Virus record (IMG/VR): IMGVR_UViG_3300029131_000181
Strand: one strand, 5' to 3'
Length of the DNA: 64,000 nucleotides
Origin: a virus
The position numbers and the translations under genes were made by a program. Position 1 is the first letter of the stretch. Every line of letters begins with the position of its first letter. Below are positions 62,439-64,000 of the stretch, piece by piece. A model generated the notes under the pieces. That model was not told the origin of the DNA, searched no databases, and saw only the letters and a program-made list of their open reading frames with translations.

Positions 62439-62648
62439 CCTTACGGAGTTCTTCTCCGTAAGGAAAGGGACGTCCCTTTCGCGCTGATTGTTATTTTTGC
62501 AAACGTTTCTTGCTATTTTATATGGCAGCCTTTCTCTTTAAGCTGCATTTCTGTTATTTGATATTTGCTTTTTATTGCTGTGCAGTTTCAAGCAGGTATC
62601 AAGCTCTTCGTTGAGATTGTATCGGCTGTGGTTCTTGAACTTGAAAAT

Positions 62649-62677
62649 ATTATAGCATATAGCACCGTTTCTCTCAA
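62649..62677 (-). promoter_or_regulatory. extended -10 promoter of the methyltransferase/helicase operon
   Basis: Minus strand TTGAGA-N17-TATAAT preceded by TGC. Confidence 0.55.
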
Positions 62678-62695
62678 CGCTTGTTTTATCGGCAC

Positions 62696-63421
62696 TCATC
62701 CGCCTTTAACTGTCTCAAACTCCAAAGTAATGGTATCCACGATACAAAAAGCCTGTGACCCGTATGGGGTTCCATCACGATAAGTAGAAAACGTATCACA
62801 GGAAAGTACTCCGCCTTCCAGATACACTTCTTTGACCGGCGTATGTCCTACCACTTGCAGATATTCGCCGCCGCGATACAAACGTTTTGCATTCTGATTT
62901 GGAGACAGCTGCGGGCGATACCAGATAGGAGAATCTGTTGCCCACATTGTTTCACAGCTCATTTGGTTGATAGCTTTGACAGCCGCGAGAACATTTTTTC
63001 GGTTCTGTGGTGCTACCCGGAGCTGAACAAAGAGATTTGCAAGGCCGCCGTGCATGAAAAGTGTTTTGTCAATTTTGTGGATATATGCAAGCTGACTTTT
63101 CTTTGGCAAGGCATTTGTCAACTTTTTAATTTCTTGACACACGAGTCCTCTCTTTTCCGGATGGAATCCGGTTTCCGGCTCTCCCCAAATGTAGCTCAGG
63201 TCATGGTTCCCGTAGCACCAGAGAGTATCTGGATGTTCCTTGGCAAACGTGATTGCGGTTTCATAGGTCTCCAGATACTGCGCATCATCATGTACCCCGA
63301 AATCATCTGCCAGGTCCATAAGACAGATAGCTTTGTCTGCAATGCCTTTTTTCATGATGGTATTTGCCTGCGCAAACATCCAGGGTTTCAAATGGCAATC
63401 TGGAATGACTAAGACCTTCAT
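62696..63421 (-). CDS. calcineurin-like metallophosphoesterase
   Basis: MKVLVIPDCHLKPW (DxH), LMDLADDFG (GDxxD-like), GNHD and FMHGG motifs. Confidence 0.85.
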   Translation of the reverse strand: MKVLVIPDCHLKPWMFAQANTIMKKGIADKAICLMDLADDFGVHDDAQYLETYETAITFAKEHPDTLWCYGNHDLSYIWGEPETGFHPEKRGLVCQEIKKLTNALPKKSQLAYIHKIDKTLFMHGGLANLFVQLRVAPQNRKNVLAAVKAINQMSCETMWATDSPIWYRPQLSPNQNAKRLYRGGEYLQVVGHTPVKEVYLEGGVLSCDTFSTYRDGTPYGSQAFCIVDTITLEFETVKGG

Positions 63422-63457
63422 GGCTCTTCACCTCTCTTTTTTGTGTTTACTATTTAG

Positions 63458-63485
63458 ATTATATACGATTCGCACCGAACGTCGA
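63458..63485 (-). promoter_or_regulatory. motif-class promoter, copy 18
   Basis: TCGACG-TTCGGTGCGAATCGTA-TATAAT. Confidence 0.55.
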
Positions 63486-63703
63486 GAATTCCGTTCTGGA
63501 GAATCATTGTGTTCGGCCGCCATGGCATCGTGCTGCCGGGCCAAGCTGAGCCACGCCAAATAATGTTGAATCGGAATTCAGTGAAATTGAATTCAACGTT
63601 TTTGAGAATACAAGAAGAGCCCCCGCCAAAGAGCGGAGGCTTGTTTTTGTGCAGCAAAGCTCAAAGTCCTAGGGGTATTTTTCCAAATGCCAGGAAATCT
63701 CCC

Positions 63704-64000
63704 TCATATTTTGTGCGAAGACACTTCCTGTTCGTTCTTCCCAAGTGGCTGAGCCTGAAGCAAGGCGCTCACGTCGAAACTGGAAGCGTTATACACCGTT
63801 ACGCCATGTTCCAGAGCGTATTTTACCGTATATGCTGTGCCTCCAGTATTTCTAGTACAATAAGAGATGCAATAGGCAGAACAATCCACTAAATGCCGGT
63901 CTCTTAAAAGATATACTCCCCTGCTTGGCTCTTTCGCCGCATAGACAATCTTATCCACCTGTTTGTCTATCTTCTTTGCGTGCCGCTGCTGTTCCAAGCT
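63704..64000 (-). CDS. SLOG/DUF1273-like protein (5' end beyond window)
   Basis: The frame is open to the window edge. YCTRNTGGTAYTVKYALEHGVTVYN resembles the C-terminal SLOG (DprA/DUF1273-type) motif. Confidence 0.45.
   Translation of the reverse strand, partial: SLEQQRHAKKIDKQVDKIVYAAKEPSRGVYLLRDRHLVDCSAYCISYCTRNTGGTAYTVKYALEHGVTVYNASSFDVSALLQAQPLGKNEQEVSSHKI

Noticed and set aside
1-64000. Calling the window a phage genome segment. A search for tRNA and rRNA genes was also made.
   Set aside because: No capsid, portal, terminase, tail, lysis, integrase or conjugation genes and no complete tRNA or rRNA were recognised. The element type (phage, phage-plasmid, plasmid or ICE cargo) therefore remains open.

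Overview
This 64-kb window is gene-dense and almost entirely minus-strand. It looks like the accessory or early region of a large Firmicutes-type mobile replicon (phage, phage-plasmid or plasmid/ICE cargo). That call is an inference from GGAGG-type RBSs, lipoprotein signal peptides, TGnTATAAT promoters and many rho-independent terminators. I found no rRNA, no complete tRNA, no CRISPR array and no recognisable virion, conjugation or housekeeping genes. About 70 CDS are supportable.

Recognisable content:
- Regulators: four paralogous multi-HTH proteins.
- Modification operon: radical-SAM / ATP-grasp / DUF3990-like.
- Surface and nuclease genes: MBL-fold lipoprotein, PD-(D/E)XK-like and ParB-like nuclease-domain proteins.
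- Helicases: one SF1 and one SF2.
- ADP-ribosylation enzymes: macro, NADAR, and an R-S-E ADP-ribosyltransferase fused to an HD domain.
- Zn-ribbon family: three repeat proteins, two carrying Vsr-like endonuclease domains.
- Defence-like operon 1: N6-adenine methyltransferase / DUF4238 / DUF262-HNH.
- Defence-like operon 2: a split NPPY methyltransferase plus a 1098-aa T5orf172-helicase protein.
- Membrane operon: flotillin / membrane protein / vWA.
- Toxin-antitoxin: a Phd-PIN pair.

Three OMEGA-type mobile elements are present:
- A solo tnpB sits between a promoter and the SF1 helicase gene.
- A tnpA+tnpB IS200/IS605 copy carries a cysteine-less TnpB zinc-finger region.
- An iscB element with its upstream omega RNA splits a lipoprotein gene, and the excision junction can be reconstructed to the base.

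Hunt highlights:
1. Eighteen same-strand copies of a fixed-geometry promoter motif (TTGCnn-N4-GTGCGAA-N5-TAYAAT, always a 16-nt spacer). Many are followed by an intrinsic terminator before the first RBS. This predicts an element-specific transcription and antitermination circuit with no recognisable regulator.
2. Two multi-gene methyltransferase/nuclease operons of unusual composition.
3. The radical-SAM / ATP-grasp / ART-like operon.
4. An ORF-free, hairpin-dense ~400-nt candidate structured RNA at 23.8-24.2 kb.
5. Self-contained promoter-to-terminator mini-transcripts, duplicated promoter-hairpin cassettes in front of AT-rich cargo genes, an 11-bp x6 repeat array and a 34-bp-spaced triple repeat.

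All functional calls come from motif recognition by eye. No database search was run.
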